Both the position numbers and the translations under genes were made by a program. This document shows positions 63,590-64,000 of a stretch of DNA of 64,000 nt, piece after piece. The stretch is from Mustelus asterias. Lineage: Eukaryota. The stretch spans positions 68,572,001 through 68,636,000 of the forward strand of contig NC_135804.1 in NCBI RefSeq assembly GCF_964213995.1, in the 5' to 3' direction. A model generated the notes under the pieces. It did not search any database and was not told the DNA's origin. It was given only the letters and a program-made list of their open reading frames with translations. Numbering within the stretch: position 1 is the stretch's first letter; the number at the start of each line of letters is the position of its first letter.

Positions 63590-64000
63590 AGTAAGAAGTC
63601 TCACAACACCAGGTTAAAGTCCAACAGGTTTATTTGGTAGCAAATATCATAAGCTTTCGGAGCACTGCTCCTTCGTCAGATGGAGTGGAAATCTGCTCTC
63701 AAACAGTGCAAACAGACAGAATCAAGTTGCAGAATACTGATTAGAATGCGAATCCTACAGCCAGCCAGGTCTTAAATGTACAGACAATGTGGGTGGAGGG
63801 AACATTAAACACAGGTTAAAGATATGTGTATTGTCTCCAGACAGAACAGCTAGTGAAAGTCTGCAAGTCCAGGAGGCAAGCTGTGGGGGCTACTGATAAT
63901 GTGACATAAATCCAACATCCCGGTTTAGGCCATCCTCATGTGTGCGGAACTTGGCTATCAGTTTCTGCTCAGCGACTCTGCGCTGTCGTGTGTTGTGAAG
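63590..64000 (-). mobile_element. Penelope 3' end (continues past the window)
   Basis: Close match to 35043-35460. Confidence 0.9.
63648..63682 (-). ncRNA. Minimal hammerhead motif, copy 5
   Basis: CAU-CUGACGA-A-GGAGC-agu-GCUCC-GAAA-GC-UU-AUG. Confidence 0.75.

Overview
Repeat-dense cartilaginous-fish (shark-like) genomic DNA, judged from HE1/V-type SINEs, CR1, Rex1 and Penelope families. The host content is two tandem, same-strand, multi-exon immunoglobulin-superfamily genes with a non-rearranging, germline-joined V(J)-C1-TM architecture. Gene 1 (6 exons, 19550-38412, 336 aa, all splice phases consistent) ends in a SIRP-alpha/PD-1-like ITIM plus ITSM-like tail. Gene 2 (54322 to at least 58992) has a lysine in its transmembrane segment and probably a short tail. 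Together they look like an inhibitory/activating paired receptor cluster with an antigen-receptor-like ectodomain. The left end holds a pol-less endogenous retrovirus (LTR, Ser-like PBS, decayed gag, decayed env) whose TM subunit resembles filovirus GP2/ASLV-type fusion proteins. Penelope-like elements contribute five minimal hammerhead ribozyme motifs with covarying stem I. The remainder is nested CR1/L2/Rex1 LINEs, SINEs and a complete hAT transposon. All calls are by eye; no database searches were run, and degenerate repeat boundaries are approximate.
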